From an uncultured Syntrophobacter sp. (GTDB lineage Bacteria > Desulfobacterota > Syntrophobacteria > Syntrophobacterales > Syntrophobacteraceae), in the NCBI GenBank assembly GCA_963663685.2, contig CAXXDT010000004.1:442-64441 (forward strand): DNA of 64,000 nucleotides. Direction: 5' to 3'. This document shows positions 19,897 to 30,000 of this stretch, one piece after another (position 1 is the first letter of the stretch; every line of letters starts with the position of its first letter). A program made the position numbers and the translations under genes. A model generated the notes under the pieces. It did not search any database and was not told the DNA's origin. It saw only the letters and a program-made list of their open reading frames with translations.

Positions 19897-20715
19897 TCAG
19901 TTCCCGATGTAGCGCGGTTCCCACTTGGTGCCGAACCACTTCTCGTAGAGTTCCTTGTATTCGCCGCTCAGCTTGATTTCCTCGATGAATATGTCGAGGC
20001 TCCTGCGAAGTTCGGTATCGCCGAGGCGGCATGCAAACCTGTAGGATTGAGGCGAAAGATTCTCCTTGAGCACCTTGAACTTGTCTTCGTTGCCCTTAAG
20101 GCCGGCGAAGAGGATCAGCACTTCATCATCGGCCGATGCATCGACGCGGCCGACTTTCATGGCCTGGACGCTGTCGGCAAAGGTATCGTATTTCTGGACC
20201 TTGGCGTTGGGGAACGTCTTTGCGACCACGTCGAGGTAGTTGGACCCCTTGGTCTCACCGAAAGTGAACTTGTCGGAGTTGAGCTGCGACACGCTTTCCA
20301 CCGGCAGGTCCTTGCGCACGAGGACACGGGCGCCGGTGTAGAGGTATGGTTCGGTCAGTTCGAGCTTTGCGGTCCGTGGGATGGTGGTCGTGATATGAGC
20401 GGCCAGGAAGTCGACTTTCTTGGTATCGAGTGCCGGGAACAGGCCCGCCCACTTATAATCGTTGAATTCAAGCTGAACGTCGAGCTTCTTGGCATACAGT
20501 CTCACCAGGTCCGGGATGAGGCCGATGATTTCACCGTTTTCGGGGTTCGTGAATGCGAGGGGCTTGATGTAGGCCGCGACACCCACGACGAGTTTTCCCC
20601 TGCTCAGGATGTCGTTCATGCTTGTCTGGTCGGCCGCATAAGCGCCGCTCACGCTCCCGATGAGACAGAGGCATGCGACAAGCGTCAATACAGTTTTCAA
20701 AATGCTCCGTTTCAT
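19897..20715 (-). CDS. Polar amino-acid ABC transporter substrate-binding protein (family 3)
   Basis: Signal peptide; ILSRGKLVVG, WAGLFPALDTKKVD, GRVDA, YKELYEKWF. Confidence 0.92.
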   Translation of the reverse strand: MKRSILKTVLTLVACLCLIGSVSGAYAADQTSMNDILSRGKLVVGVAAYIKPLAFTNPENGEIIGLIPDLVRLYAKKLDVQLEFNDYKWAGLFPALDTKKVDFLAAHITTTIPRTAKLELTEPYLYTGARVLVRKDLPVESVSQLNSDKFTFGETKGSNYLDVVAKTFPNAKVQKYDTFADSVQAMKVGRVDASADDEVLILFAGLKGNEDKFKVLKENLSPQSYRFACRLGDTELRRSLDIFIEEIKLSGEYKELYEKWFGTKWEPRYIGN

Positions 20716-20790
20716 AATCTCTGGCGTCCCTTCTTTTGACTGTGTTTAAGAAAGTACCTAAGCGGATTCATCTCCTTTTGCGTTTCCTTA

Positions 20791-21954
20791 TCACCTCCCT
20801 GCGTTTTCATTTACGAAAGATAGGATGTTGCTCAATCCTTTCTCAAGTTGCGCAATTTCAGTGCAGAAGGATATGCGGATGTACCCGTCGGAGGATGGCC
20901 CGAAGGTGCATCCCGGCGCCACTGCCACGCGCTTTTCAGCCAGCAGTCTCTTGGCGAACGTCTCGGAGTCGACCTTGAACCGGGAAATATCGATCAGCAT
21001 ATAGAAGGCGCCCTGGGGGACCGAATGAGGCAGACCGCTCCGGTCGAGCATTTCAACGGCCAGGTCCCGGTTTTTCCTGTAATAGGCAGCCATTTCGTGA
21101 ACGAAATCCTGAGGCCCGCAAATGGCCGCTTCGGCCGCTTTTTGCGAAATATACGGAGGGCATGAGATGAATGCTTCCGACATCTTGACCAGGTTGGCGC
21201 ACAGTTGCTCGGACGCGATGAGAAAGCCGAGCCTCCATCCGGTCATGGCGTACGTTTTGGAGAAGCTGTTGGCGGTGACGACGGTTGCGGGATGGTTCAG
21301 TGAAGCCATGGGAGTGAACGGAACGTCGTAAACGATTCGGTCGTAGACCTCGTCGCTCAGGACGGTCAGGTTGTGTTTATAGGCAAAATCGAGTACTTTC
21401 CGGCATTCCGATTCGGTCATGACCGTTCCGATGGGATTGCTCGGGTTGTTCACGATAATGATCTTGGTGTCCGGGGTGACCACCTGTTCCAGGTCGCGGA
21501 CGGAAGGCTTGAAACCGTTTCCCTGGCGCAGCGGGTAATACAGGGGGACTCCGTTGGTGGTGATGGCTTCCATCGTGTAGTTGGGCCAGCCCGGATCGGG
21601 GATCATGACCTTGTCCCCGGGATTCAGCAGGGCGGCCATGGTGATGGCGAGTCCGTATACGCCGCCGATGGTCAGCAGCACGTTCTCTTCGGCCACGTTC
21701 CAGCCGGGAAAATCCCGTGAGATTTTTTCCCCGATTTTGGCACGTACCTCGGGAATTCCTTCGTTTTTCGTGTACCGGATATAGCCTCCCTCCATTGCCT
21801 TCACGGCGGCATCCACGATGTGCCTGGGAGTGGGAAAATGAGGCTGGCCGATTTCCAGGTGGACGACCTCTCCGGGCATCACGTTGGCCAGGTTGGCGAT
21901 GGCCCTGATGCCCGAGCGCTTCATAGAAAGTACGCGGTCGGTGACAACGTTCAT
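20791..21954 (-). CDS. PLP-dependent class I/II aminotransferase (aspartate aminotransferase family)
   Basis: LEIGQP, NNPSNPIG, SDEVYD, SFSKTYAMTGWRLG, YIRISF. Confidence 0.95.
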   Translation of the reverse strand: MNVVTDRVLSMKRSGIRAIANLANVMPGEVVHLEIGQPHFPTPRHIVDAAVKAMEGGYIRYTKNEGIPEVRAKIGEKISRDFPGWNVAEENVLLTIGGVYGLAITMAALLNPGDKVMIPDPGWPNYTMEAITTNGVPLYYPLRQGNGFKPSVRDLEQVVTPDTKIIIVNNPSNPIGTVMTESECRKVLDFAYKHNLTVLSDEVYDRIVYDVPFTPMASLNHPATVVTANSFSKTYAMTGWRLGFLIASEQLCANLVKMSEAFISCPPYISQKAAEAAICGPQDFVHEMAAYYRKNRDLAVEMLDRSGLPHSVPQGAFYMLIDISRFKVDSETFAKRLLAEKRVAVAPGCTFGPSSDGYIRISFCTEIAQLEKGLSNILSFVNENAGR

Positions 21955-22065
21955 TTTACTTGCCTCGCTGTTATTTCCGCATGTTATCGATATCGAACTT
22001 GGCCCGTGAACCGGCTTGCGCCGGCACAGCTTGTCTCCGCTCCGGTTGTGGGGCGCCGGCCGGAC

Positions 22066-23220
22066 TCAGGCGAGTGCTTTGCGATAGATCTCCCGTGCAT
22101 CGTCAACGTTGATGGGCCTGGGGTTGGTCACCAGGAGCCGCTCGTAGGCCATTGCGCTCGTTGCCAGGTATTCGATGGTCTCCGCCGTGGTCTCGATTTT
22201 CGGCTTGGTTATCCCCACGTCTTTCAGCAGTGACCGGATCTCGGACAGAACGGCGTGAACGGCCTCCGTCTGGGATGCGTCTCCGGCCGTGAGGCCCGTC
22301 GCTTCCGCGATGCGTTGAAATTTCGCCGGTGCCGCCATGGCGCTGAATTCCATGACGTCCGCCAGCATGACGGCGTTGGAAAGGCCGTGAGTCACGGCGA
22401 ACTTGCCGCCGAGCGGGTAGGCCAGGGCATGAACGCCGCCGGTTCCGGAGTTGACGATGGCAATGCCGCCGTAGAGGCTGGCCAGGGCCATGTTGTAACG
22501 GGCGCCGGTGTTGGAACCGTCCCAGACCGCCTTCCTCAGGTTGGCGAAGGAGAGACGGATGCCTTCGAGCGCGAATGCGTCGCTCATGGGATTGGATTTC
22601 TTGCCGATAAAACACTCTATCGAGTGGGTGAAAGCATCGATGCCCGTTTCTGCGGTCGGCTTGGCGGGGAGAGACAGGGTGATCTCAGGGTCCACCACGA
22701 CGACGTCGGGGATCAGGAACTTGCTGACGATGCTTTCCTTGCTCTGCTTCACCCGGTCTCTCAGGATGGCGTTGGGAGTGACCTCCGCTCCGGTGCCGGC
22801 CGTGGAAGGCACCATCACCGTTGTCAGCCCCCTGGCGGAAAGCTTTTCCGTGCCCAGGTGGTCCATTATGGCGTCCTGGAACGTCACCGAGGCCGCCAGG
22901 GCCTTGGCCGCGTCCATGGCACTTCCGCCTCCGATGCCAATGACGGCGTCGAAGTCCTTGAGCCGGTTGAAACGCTGCCGGGCCGCTTCGACTTCCTGGA
23001 TGGTCGGTTCGCCCTTGATCTCGTCATAGGTTTCGAAGGCGATTCCCAGGGCGGACAGGCCTCGTGAAACGTTTTCCGGGACATAATGCTGACGCAGGCT
23101 GTAATCGACGACGATCAGCGCTTTCCTGACGTTTTTTGCCTTGAGAATGTCGGGAATCTTCTTTGAGCTGGCGAATCCGAAATGGATGTGAGACGGGAGT
23201 GAAAAAACAAAATCCTGCAT
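22066..23220 (-). CDS. Iron-containing alcohol dehydrogenase
   Basis: GGGSAMDAAK, PSTAGTGAEVT, GIDAFTHSIE, GGVHALA, HGLSNA; GGAGG SD before ATG 23220. Confidence 0.95.
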   Translation of the reverse strand: MQDFVFSLPSHIHFGFASSKKIPDILKAKNVRKALIVVDYSLRQHYVPENVSRGLSALGIAFETYDEIKGEPTIQEVEAARQRFNRLKDFDAVIGIGGGSAMDAAKALAASVTFQDAIMDHLGTEKLSARGLTTVMVPSTAGTGAEVTPNAILRDRVKQSKESIVSKFLIPDVVVVDPEITLSLPAKPTAETGIDAFTHSIECFIGKKSNPMSDAFALEGIRLSFANLRKAVWDGSNTGARYNMALASLYGGIAIVNSGTGGVHALAYPLGGKFAVTHGLSNAVMLADVMEFSAMAAPAKFQRIAEATGLTAGDASQTEAVHAVLSEIRSLLKDVGITKPKIETTAETIEYLATSAMAYERLLVTNPRPINVDDAREIYRKALA

Positions 23221-23245
23221 ATTGTAGACCTCCGGGATCATGGTA

Positions 23246-23455
23246 TTACCGCCCTTGCCTTACATCAGGGTTCAATGCGGAAAAAACCGGAGGCACGGAA
23301 GGGGACAGGTCCCGTTGACCGGTCACGGGGGGCGGCGACCGCGGTGCAGATGGGGCCGAGTCGCCGCCGCCAACCGGAATTATGAGTGCAAGGGCGGTAA
23401 CGGCTTGTATGCTTTTTGTCCTGTGCGTTGGCACCGGACTCTGCCCCTTCCGTGC
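23246..23455 (-). promoter_or_regulatory. Highly structured 5' leader, candidate cis-regulatory RNA
   Basis: Perfect long-range helices 23293-23304/23444-23455 (12 bp) and 23246-23258/23388-23400 (13 bp); hairpin 23331-23339/23360-23368. Confidence 0.45.
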
Positions 23456-23493
23456 ATCCTGCATCGGAGATTTTCCGCTCGCGTTTCATACAA

Positions 23494-23509
23494 AGCAAAG
23501 TGTGTGCCA
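23494..23509 (-). promoter_or_regulatory. sigma54 (-24/-12) promoter
   Basis: Minus strand TGGCAC-ACACT-TTGCT matches TGGCAC-N5-TTGCW and points into the ADH operon. Confidence 0.85.
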
Positions 23510-23893
23510 TGGAGTTAGTAACTTAAAATATCTGGAAAAAGCAAGAAGTTATGGGGGCATGAGAAAACAAAGGGGTGCGGGATGGAGAGTGGTACGTTAA
23601 GAGAGCAAACATGCCCGTTCATGTATTGAACAGGCTGAACGCCGCTGACGTACGTGCCGGGAATCGCCGCGGCCGTGGGCCTCGCCGGGGAGGAGTGGGC
23701 GCAGGGCACGACGGCCGGATTCATCGTCCTGCTGCGCCACCCGCTCAAATCATTCAACCGGGTGGAATTCTGTTGTATTCTTGAGTCCTTCGTGGAAAAT
23801 TGGGTGACGTATAATCCTTTGGCCGCCCGGGTGGTTTTGGGAGCGGGCGGGCTTCCGGGAACACGCACCTGCACCGCTTGAAAGGGGACACGG

Positions 23894-26545
23894 ATGGACC
23901 AGCTCAACAGGACCTTTCTATACGACAGGCACAAGGCCCTCGGGGCCCAGATGGTGGATTTTTGCGGTTGGGAAATGCCGCTCCAATACCCTTCCCGGGT
24001 CGTGGAGGAACACCTGGCCACGCGCAAGGGCGCGGGGCTCTTCGACGTTTCGCACATGGGCCGGTTCATCATCCGGGGGGCCGGCGCCGTTCCATTCCTC
24101 CAGCACGTGCTCACCAACAACGTCGAGGCGCTCGACCTGAGGCCCACCGGGGCCCAGTACACGATCCTCTCCGATGAAACCGGCAGCGCCGTGGACGATG
24201 CCTATCTTTACCGTTTCGTCGAAGGGGAATACCTCCTGGTGGTCAATGCGGCCAACCGCGAAAAGGACTGGGCACACCTTCAGAAGTATATCACGTTATT
24301 TAAGGAAGTTGAAATGGTCGACCGCACCATGGAGATGTCCATGTTTGCGCTCCAGGGCCCTTTGTCGAGGGGGATACTCGCGGAAATCGTCGAATCCGGC
24401 AGGATGCCCGAACCCATGCGAAACGCTCTGGGCATCGTGACCATGGCCAGCGCCCGGGTGATGACCGGCCGGACCGGGTATACGGGAGAACCGATCTGCT
24501 TTGAACTTTTCCTCGATCGTGCCGACGCTCCGAGGCTGTGGGATCTTCTCATCGCCAAGGGGGCCGTACCCGTGGGGCTGGCGGCCCGGGACACCCTGCG
24601 CCTCGAGGCCTGCCTGCCTCTCTACGGCCACGAATACGGGCCGGACCGGGACGGGAGGAACATCCCCATTTTTGCCGTTCCGCTGGGAAAGACGGGCGTG
24701 AGCTTTTCCCCGCTCAAGGGCGATTTTGTGGGTCGGGAAGCGCTGGCAAAGCAGTTTGCGGCCTTCTCCAGGATTCTCTTCCGGGATTATTCCTTCATCG
24801 GCGACCTCCCCCGGCTGATCCGGCCGGTCGCGGTCACGGGTCGGGGCATCGCCCGGGCGGGCTCCGACGTATTCAAGGACGGCAGGAAGGTCGGCTACGT
24901 AACCAGCGGCACCATGGTCCCCTACTGGGTTTTCGAAGACAGGGGTCTCATCGCCCGGCGCACCGGCGAACATCAACTGCGTTCGATCTGCCTTGCGTAC
25001 CTCGACAGCGACATCGTCGACGAGGACAAGCTCACCATCGATATCCGGGGAAAGGCCGTCGATGCCGTGGCGGTGCCTTACCACCTCCGGTCGGAAGCCC
25101 CTCCGTATGCCCGGCCCATCGTGCGGGACCATGAGGTCGAGGCGAAAACGGCGCCTAAGGCGGCCGCCACCGCCAAGGTATCCCGCCTTCTGGAAAAGAC
25201 TGCGGACAACACGCGCTGGCGGCAGCGGGAATGCATCAACCTGATCCCGTCGGAAATCACCACGTCTCCGATGGTGCGGCTTCTCTCGGTTATGGATCCG
25301 GCCTTCCGCTATGCGGAACACAAGGAAATGAAGGCGTTTTACGAAACGGATGTTTTCTATTACCAGGGAACGGATTTCATTGCTGAAGTGGAATGGCTCC
25401 TGGAAGAGGAAATGCGCAAGTTTCTCGGCTGTTCCGAAGTGGAGATGAGGCTCATAAGCGGGCAGATGGCCAATGCGACGGTTTTCAGCGCCGTGCTCGA
25501 TTATATCAACCGGGCCGATCGCAGGTCGGAACCTCGGCGTATCCGGCGGGTGATGAACCATCACATCGGCAAGGGCGGGCATCTCAGCGCCCAGCCCATG
25601 GGGGCTCTCCGCGATTTCGTCGCCCGCGACCCGCACACGGAACGTCCGGCGGTGGTGAATTTTCCGGTGCTGCCCGAAAACCCATACAAGATCGATGTCC
25701 CCGCGACGCTCGAACTGATCGATACCTACCGCCCGGAGTTGATCATCTTCGGGAAGAGCATGGTCCTGCACAGGGAGCCGGTGGCTGAGGTCCGCCGATA
25801 CCTTGACGCGGCCCACATCGACGCCCTGGTCATGTACGATATGGCGCACGTGCTGGGTCTCATCGGCCCTCACTTTCAGCAGCCCATGGCGGAAGGGGCC
25901 GATCTGGTGACGGGCTCGACCCACAAGACGTTTTTCGGCACTCAGCGGGGGGTTGTGGGGAGCCGCTTCCAGGAACACGAGGAACGATACGAACTCTGGG
26001 AAGCCATTCGGCGCCGTTCGTTCCCCGGAGGTGTGTCCAACCATCATTTGGGCACCCTGCTGGGACTCCTGATGGCCGCCTACGAAATGAATCATTTCAA
26101 GGGAGAATACCAGCCCAGGGTTATCGCCAACGCCAAGGCTTTCGCCCGGGCGCTCAGGGACTGCGGCCTCGATGTGGCCGGCGATCCGGCCATCGATTAC
26201 ACGGAAACCCACCAGGTGGTGGTGCGGGTCGGCTACGGCAGGGGGCCGGACATCGCGCGCCGCCTGGAAGACAACAACATCATATGCAATTTCCAGGCGG
26301 CACCCGATGAGGAAGGATTTACCGCTTCCGGGGCGATCCGGCTGGGGGTATCGGAAATGACCCGCTTCGGGATGGAGGAAGAAGACTTCCGGGGCCTCGC
26401 GCAACTGATGAAGGAAGTGATCGTGAACGGGGCCGACGTCGCGGATCGGGTTAAGGCCTTCCGTGAGCCGTTTTGCGAACTGCGGTTCTGTTTTCGCGGC
26501 GACGAGTTTTCGGGTCTCATGCAAAAACTGCATTCGCTTCTATAG
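23894..26545 (+). CDS. gcvT: Glycine cleavage T protein (aminomethyltransferase) fused to a serine hydroxymethyltransferase domain
   Basis: N-terminal FCGWEMPLQY, GLFDVSHMG, RTGYTGE, GLAARDTLRLEA. C-terminal INLIPSE, GGHLS, YDMAHVLGL, GSTHKTFFGTQRG (PLP Lys), IRLG. Confidence 0.92.
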   Translation: MDQLNRTFLYDRHKALGAQMVDFCGWEMPLQYPSRVVEEHLATRKGAGLFDVSHMGRFIIRGAGAVPFLQHVLTNNVEALDLRPTGAQYTILSDETGSAVDDAYLYRFVEGEYLLVVNAANREKDWAHLQKYITLFKEVEMVDRTMEMSMFALQGPLSRGILAEIVESGRMPEPMRNALGIVTMASARVMTGRTGYTGEPICFELFLDRADAPRLWDLLIAKGAVPVGLAARDTLRLEACLPLYGHEYGPDRDGRNIPIFAVPLGKTGVSFSPLKGDFVGREALAKQFAAFSRILFRDYSFIGDLPRLIRPVAVTGRGIARAGSDVFKDGRKVGYVTSGTMVPYWVFEDRGLIARRTGEHQLRSICLAYLDSDIVDEDKLTIDIRGKAVDAVAVPYHLRSEAPPYARPIVRDHEVEAKTAPKAAATAKVSRLLEKTADNTRWRQRECINLIPSEITTSPMVRLLSVMDPAFRYAEHKEMKAFYETDVFYYQGTDFIAEVEWLLEEEMRKFLGCSEVEMRLISGQMANATVFSAVLDYINRADRRSEPRRIRRVMNHHIGKGGHLSAQPMGALRDFVARDPHTERPAVVNFPVLPENPYKIDVPATLELIDTYRPELIIFGKSMVLHREPVAEVRRYLDAAHIDALVMYDMAHVLGLIGPHFQQPMAEGADLVTGSTHKTFFGTQRGVVGSRFQEHEERYELWEAIRRRSFPGGVSNHHLGTLLGLLMAAYEMNHFKGEYQPRVIANAKAFARALRDCGLDVAGDPAIDYTETHQVVVRVGYGRGPDIARRLEDNNIICNFQAAPDEEGFTASGAIRLGVSEMTRFGMEEEDFRGLAQLMKEVIVNGADVADRVKAFREPFCELRFCFRGDEFSGLMQKLHSLL

Positions 26546-26597
26546 GGAACGTCCCTACGTTCCGAGGGTTTCCGTTCGGTTTTTCGTTTTGCGCTTG

Positions 26598-27229
26598 GTT
26601 GCGCCGTTGCGTGAGACTTTTCCGGGACTGCACGAAAGACGTAAAACCGGATCATGTCGGCTCACGGTGTTCCGCTGGCAGCGCCTCCTGCGCTTCGCGC
26701 CCGGCTAACGAGTATCCGGGCTACCCGTGGCAAGCCTGCCTGGATTTGCATTGCCCAGGCCATGGATGGCTTTGATTGGTTCGTTGGTTTTTCGTTGCGT
26801 CGTTGCGCCGTTGCGTGAGACTTTTCCGGGACTGCACGAAAGACGTAAAAACGGATCATGGCCGCTTACGGTGTTCCGCTGGCAGCGCCTCCTGCGCTTC
26901 GCGCCCGGCTAACGAGTATCCGGGCTACCCGTGGCAAGCCTGCCTGGATTTGCATTGCCCAGGCCATGGATGGCTTTGATTGGTTCGTTGGTTTTTCGTT
27001 GCGTCGTTGCGCCGTTGCGTGAGACTTTTCCGGGACTGCACGGAAGACGTAAAACCGGATCATGGCGGCTTACGGTGCTCCGGTACCAGCGCCTCCTGCG
27101 CTTCGCGCCCGGCTAACGAGTATCCGGGCTACCCGTGGCAAGCCTGCCTGGATTTGCATTGCCCAGGCCATGGATGGCTTTGATTGGTTCGTTGGTTTTT
27201 CGTTGCGTCGTTGCGCCGTTGCGTGAGAC
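26598..27229. repeat. Tandem array of a 204-bp composite palindromic unit (3.1 copies)
   Basis: GTTGCGCCGTTGCGTGAGAC at 26598, 26802, 27006 and 27210; internal hairpins CCCGG..CCGGG and GCCTGG..CCAGGC. Confidence 0.95.
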
Positions 27230-27256
27230 AGGTTCCAAGTTTTTGAAATCATAAGT

Positions 27257-27293
27257 GAACCCAAGTAACCAAGCAACCCAAATAACCCAAGCC
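27257..27293. repeat. Short degenerate 8-9 bp tandem repeat (AACCCAAGT-like, x4)
   Basis: gAACCCAAGT AACCAAGC AACCCAAAT AACCCAAGC. Confidence 0.55.
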
Positions 27294-27403
27294 GCCATGG
27301 CTGCCATACCCCCCCGCTCGTGCCTTCTCCCGCCCTTCTCATTCCTCACACCTTTCCCGCCTTGCTCCCCTTCAACCGTTCCGGCCCGCTGACTCGTAAA
27401 ATC

Positions 27404-27432
27404 TTCGCACGAACTTCACACGATCTTCACTC
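27404..27432 (+). promoter_or_regulatory. Pho-box-like direct repeats (11-bp period)
   Basis: TTCGCAC(27404), TTCACAC(27415), TTCACTC(27426). TTCACACGAT is identical to the repeat at 48843. Confidence 0.7.
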
Positions 27433-27516
27433 ATGCCTGTCCGTTGTTCGTTACTCTTTCCGTGTAATGAAGTTTACGTCCTGAAATATCGGGCATTTTC
27501 AAGCATGGAGAGTGGC

Positions 27517-30000
27517 ATGAGCAAACTCGAAAAACTGGAACTGTGGGGGCGGCGGCCGTCCGGCGGTGAGGGCCTTTGGGAAAAGCCGCATTCTCTCGGC
27601 GAGATCGTGGAACGGCTCGGGATCGAACCCGCATCCTCGGGCCGGTTCACGGAATCGCTTCCTTTCTCGCTGAACGATACGACGGCGGGTTCCGAAACCG
27701 AACTGCAGGCGGTGGTCATCGGAGACAAAAAGGACACGGACCTGCCCATCACCATCGAACGGTCGAATTATTACGCCAACATCATCCGGCGCGCCGTCGC
27801 CGGAGAAACATCCAAAAGGGTCCTGACCAGGCTGGAATCGTACCTCAACAATAACCCGGACAGAATATGGGAGAACAGTTGGGTGCGCTTCCCCATGAGG
27901 TCGCTGAGCGACTTTGCGGGGCGGGTGTTCGAGCACGACCTGCTTGCCGACAAGAAAGACCCGGAAGGCGGATTGAGGACCGATGCGGACCGTTTCATCT
28001 TCCGCCGGCACGGAGAGAAGTGGATACGGATCCCGGCGAGCTACCTCATCCCTTTGTCGCTTGCCGACGTGCTGGGTTCTCAGGCAGGGATCCCGACGAT
28101 CCTCATGGAAACGGGGCGAAGGCTCCTGGACCATTTTTCGAATGACAACACTTCGCCCGAAACCTTTTCTTTCCACGTGGTGAGGCTTTGCCCCGGATCC
28201 GGCATGGGAAGAGCCGTCGCGAAAGAAACGGCGAAGCGCTTCCTGCTGACGCAACTCCTCGCCATGTACGCCAATTCGGTGTTGAGGCTCCGGGCAAACG
28301 GCCAGCAGGTCGTCATCTATGCCGCCCCTCACCCTCCCGTGCGGCAGCGGGAACTGAACGAGTGCATCTCCGACGCGTTCTACCGGGAGCTTTTCATGAG
28401 TCCGTGCCTTTCGGGGTGGGACGAAGGCGAGAAGAAGCACGGATACATGTGTCTGTGCCACCAGGTGCTGAGCCGCAGCCAGATGAACGCCGTGGCCAAG
28501 CTCCGGGAAGCGGGCATCATCACGAGGGATCTGGTGATTCTGCCGAACATGTCCAATATCAGCCTCGCCAACAACGGCACTCACCTGAGCCTTGGCAGCA
28601 TCCGGCTGTCGCGGTGCCTCGGCGACAAGTCCTCGGGTGTGACGGGCCGGGACGAGAAGCTTCTGGGCGACCTCGTCATCAAGATCGTGGAACACTTTCT
28701 GCCGCTTTTTGTCGGGACGTACAGCGCGGCCCCTTACCGGCTCGATTTTCGGGATTTCCACCCCGAAAGCGTGCTCGGTTTCCTCCCTCACGAACTCGAT
28801 TACACGCACCTCAGGATGATATGGCGCCGATGGAAGAACAAGGCGGATTTGAAGATCTTCGGTCATTCCATGACCCCGTTCGGCCCGGAATGGTTCGACC
28901 GGACCTTCGGCGTGCTTTTCGGACTGAAGGGCGATTTCGTGCCGGATTTCCGGCTGATCGACTACTTCGCGGCGCTCATGAGCACGGACCGGAGCCCCGG
29001 GTTGGACGGCAGTATCGGCAACGGCGACCGCCTGAAGCAGGACCTTTCGGAACTGGGAGTGTTCGACCGGAAGATGTCCCTGTACCTGCTCTACAGGCTC
29101 AGGGAATTCGGAACGATGGGATTCAGCGGTTTTGAAGGAAGACATTATAGCCTTTTCGAAAGCCTGACGGACGACATGGGCCGTGCGGCGGACCTCCAGA
29201 CCCTCGTGACCGCCCTCGCTTTCAAATACATCGCCCGTGGAGAAATCACTCACGCCCACATCCCCGACGCTCCGTCCATTGAAAGTGAACGAAGACAAAT
29301 CTTCTTCGGTGCGGCCATCGGAATCCCCACCTTTTTCATTCGAAAAGACACCTCGAACGTTTTGCTCCGCAAGATCGTGAGGCGCTGCGACAAAGTGCGC
29401 CAGAGCGGGCGTTACCCCGGATACCTTCGTGTCTGCAATCAGGAATACCGGAAGGCGCTCGTGGAGATTCTGCACGACGACGCGGGCGATCTCATTGAGA
29501 TGCTCGGCCTCGGAAAAACGATGGAAGACCTGGCCCTGAGGCTCGATCGTCCGGAGGAACATTCCGCCGTCGGGAAGCTGACACATTCCATACTGGACAG
29601 AGTGAACGCTCATTCCCCCATGAAGGTCCGCGGCAGGGAATTCAACCAGGCCGCCGAAATGCATTACCGGACGGCCCTGCGGCGCAGGCACATGGAAGAG
29701 GCTTTCGATTTCCTGGAAAAAGACGCCGCCTGCATGTTCGGCCCCGGTTCGACGGGGACGGGCGGAGGCTTTCGGGAGGCGCTCCATTTTGCCCTGAAGG
29801 AGCGTGGAGTGCTGGAATTCCTGCTTGCCGTCAGGGATGACGTGCTGGAAGAAACCGCATCGCCGGAGGAACTGAAAGCGCTCATCGACATCGTTTTGCT
29901 CACCGTGCGTCATGACATGGACCTCTCGGAGAAAACCTCGGATGAAATCGCCCCGGATGACAAGGACCGCACATCAGTATATCGAGCGGTACACGCGTAG
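27517..30000 (+). CDS. Uncharacterised 827-aa protein, putative glutamine synthetase/glutamate-cysteine ligase-fold carboxylate-amine ligase
   Basis: GGAGAG SD. Ordered motifs TAGSETELQ (GxExE), SPETF, NNGTHLS (GxH), YRLRE/GFEGRH (ExR) resemble GS/GCL/PafA catalytic motifs. Fold is inferred. Confidence 0.65.
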   Translation: MSKLEKLELWGRRPSGGEGLWEKPHSLGEIVERLGIEPASSGRFTESLPFSLNDTTAGSETELQAVVIGDKKDTDLPITIERSNYYANIIRRAVAGETSKRVLTRLESYLNNNPDRIWENSWVRFPMRSLSDFAGRVFEHDLLADKKDPEGGLRTDADRFIFRRHGEKWIRIPASYLIPLSLADVLGSQAGIPTILMETGRRLLDHFSNDNTSPETFSFHVVRLCPGSGMGRAVAKETAKRFLLTQLLAMYANSVLRLRANGQQVVIYAAPHPPVRQRELNECISDAFYRELFMSPCLSGWDEGEKKHGYMCLCHQVLSRSQMNAVAKLREAGIITRDLVILPNMSNISLANNGTHLSLGSIRLSRCLGDKSSGVTGRDEKLLGDLVIKIVEHFLPLFVGTYSAAPYRLDFRDFHPESVLGFLPHELDYTHLRMIWRRWKNKADLKIFGHSMTPFGPEWFDRTFGVLFGLKGDFVPDFRLIDYFAALMSTDRSPGLDGSIGNGDRLKQDLSELGVFDRKMSLYLLYRLREFGTMGFSGFEGRHYSLFESLTDDMGRAADLQTLVTALAFKYIARGEITHAHIPDAPSIESERRQIFFGAAIGIPTFFIRKDTSNVLLRKIVRRCDKVRQSGRYPGYLRVCNQEYRKALVEILHDDAGDLIEMLGLGKTMEDLALRLDRPEEHSAVGKLTHSILDRVNAHSPMKVRGREFNQAAEMHYRTALRRRHMEEAFDFLEKDAACMFGPGSTGTGGGFREALHFALKERGVLEFLLAVRDDVLEETASPEELKALIDIVLLTVRHDMDLSEKTSDEIAPDDKDRTSVYRAVHA

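Noticed and set aside
23575-23890. Glycine riboswitch upstream of gcvT
   Set aside because: Only a GGAGAG fragment; the CCGAAG and CTCTCAGG elements and supporting stems are not present.
26662-27342. Repeated small ORFs inside the arrays (also 32141-33107)
   Set aside because: Products of the DNA repeats, open in several frames, with no convincing SD or protein features.
27499-29913. 804-aa minus-strand ORF and similar long ORFs (24296-26533, 4252-5649, 8005-9393, 34601-36334, 51868-53436, 56685-58073)
   Set aside because: Antisense or off-frame shadows of well-supported genes in GC-rich DNA; no recognisable motifs.
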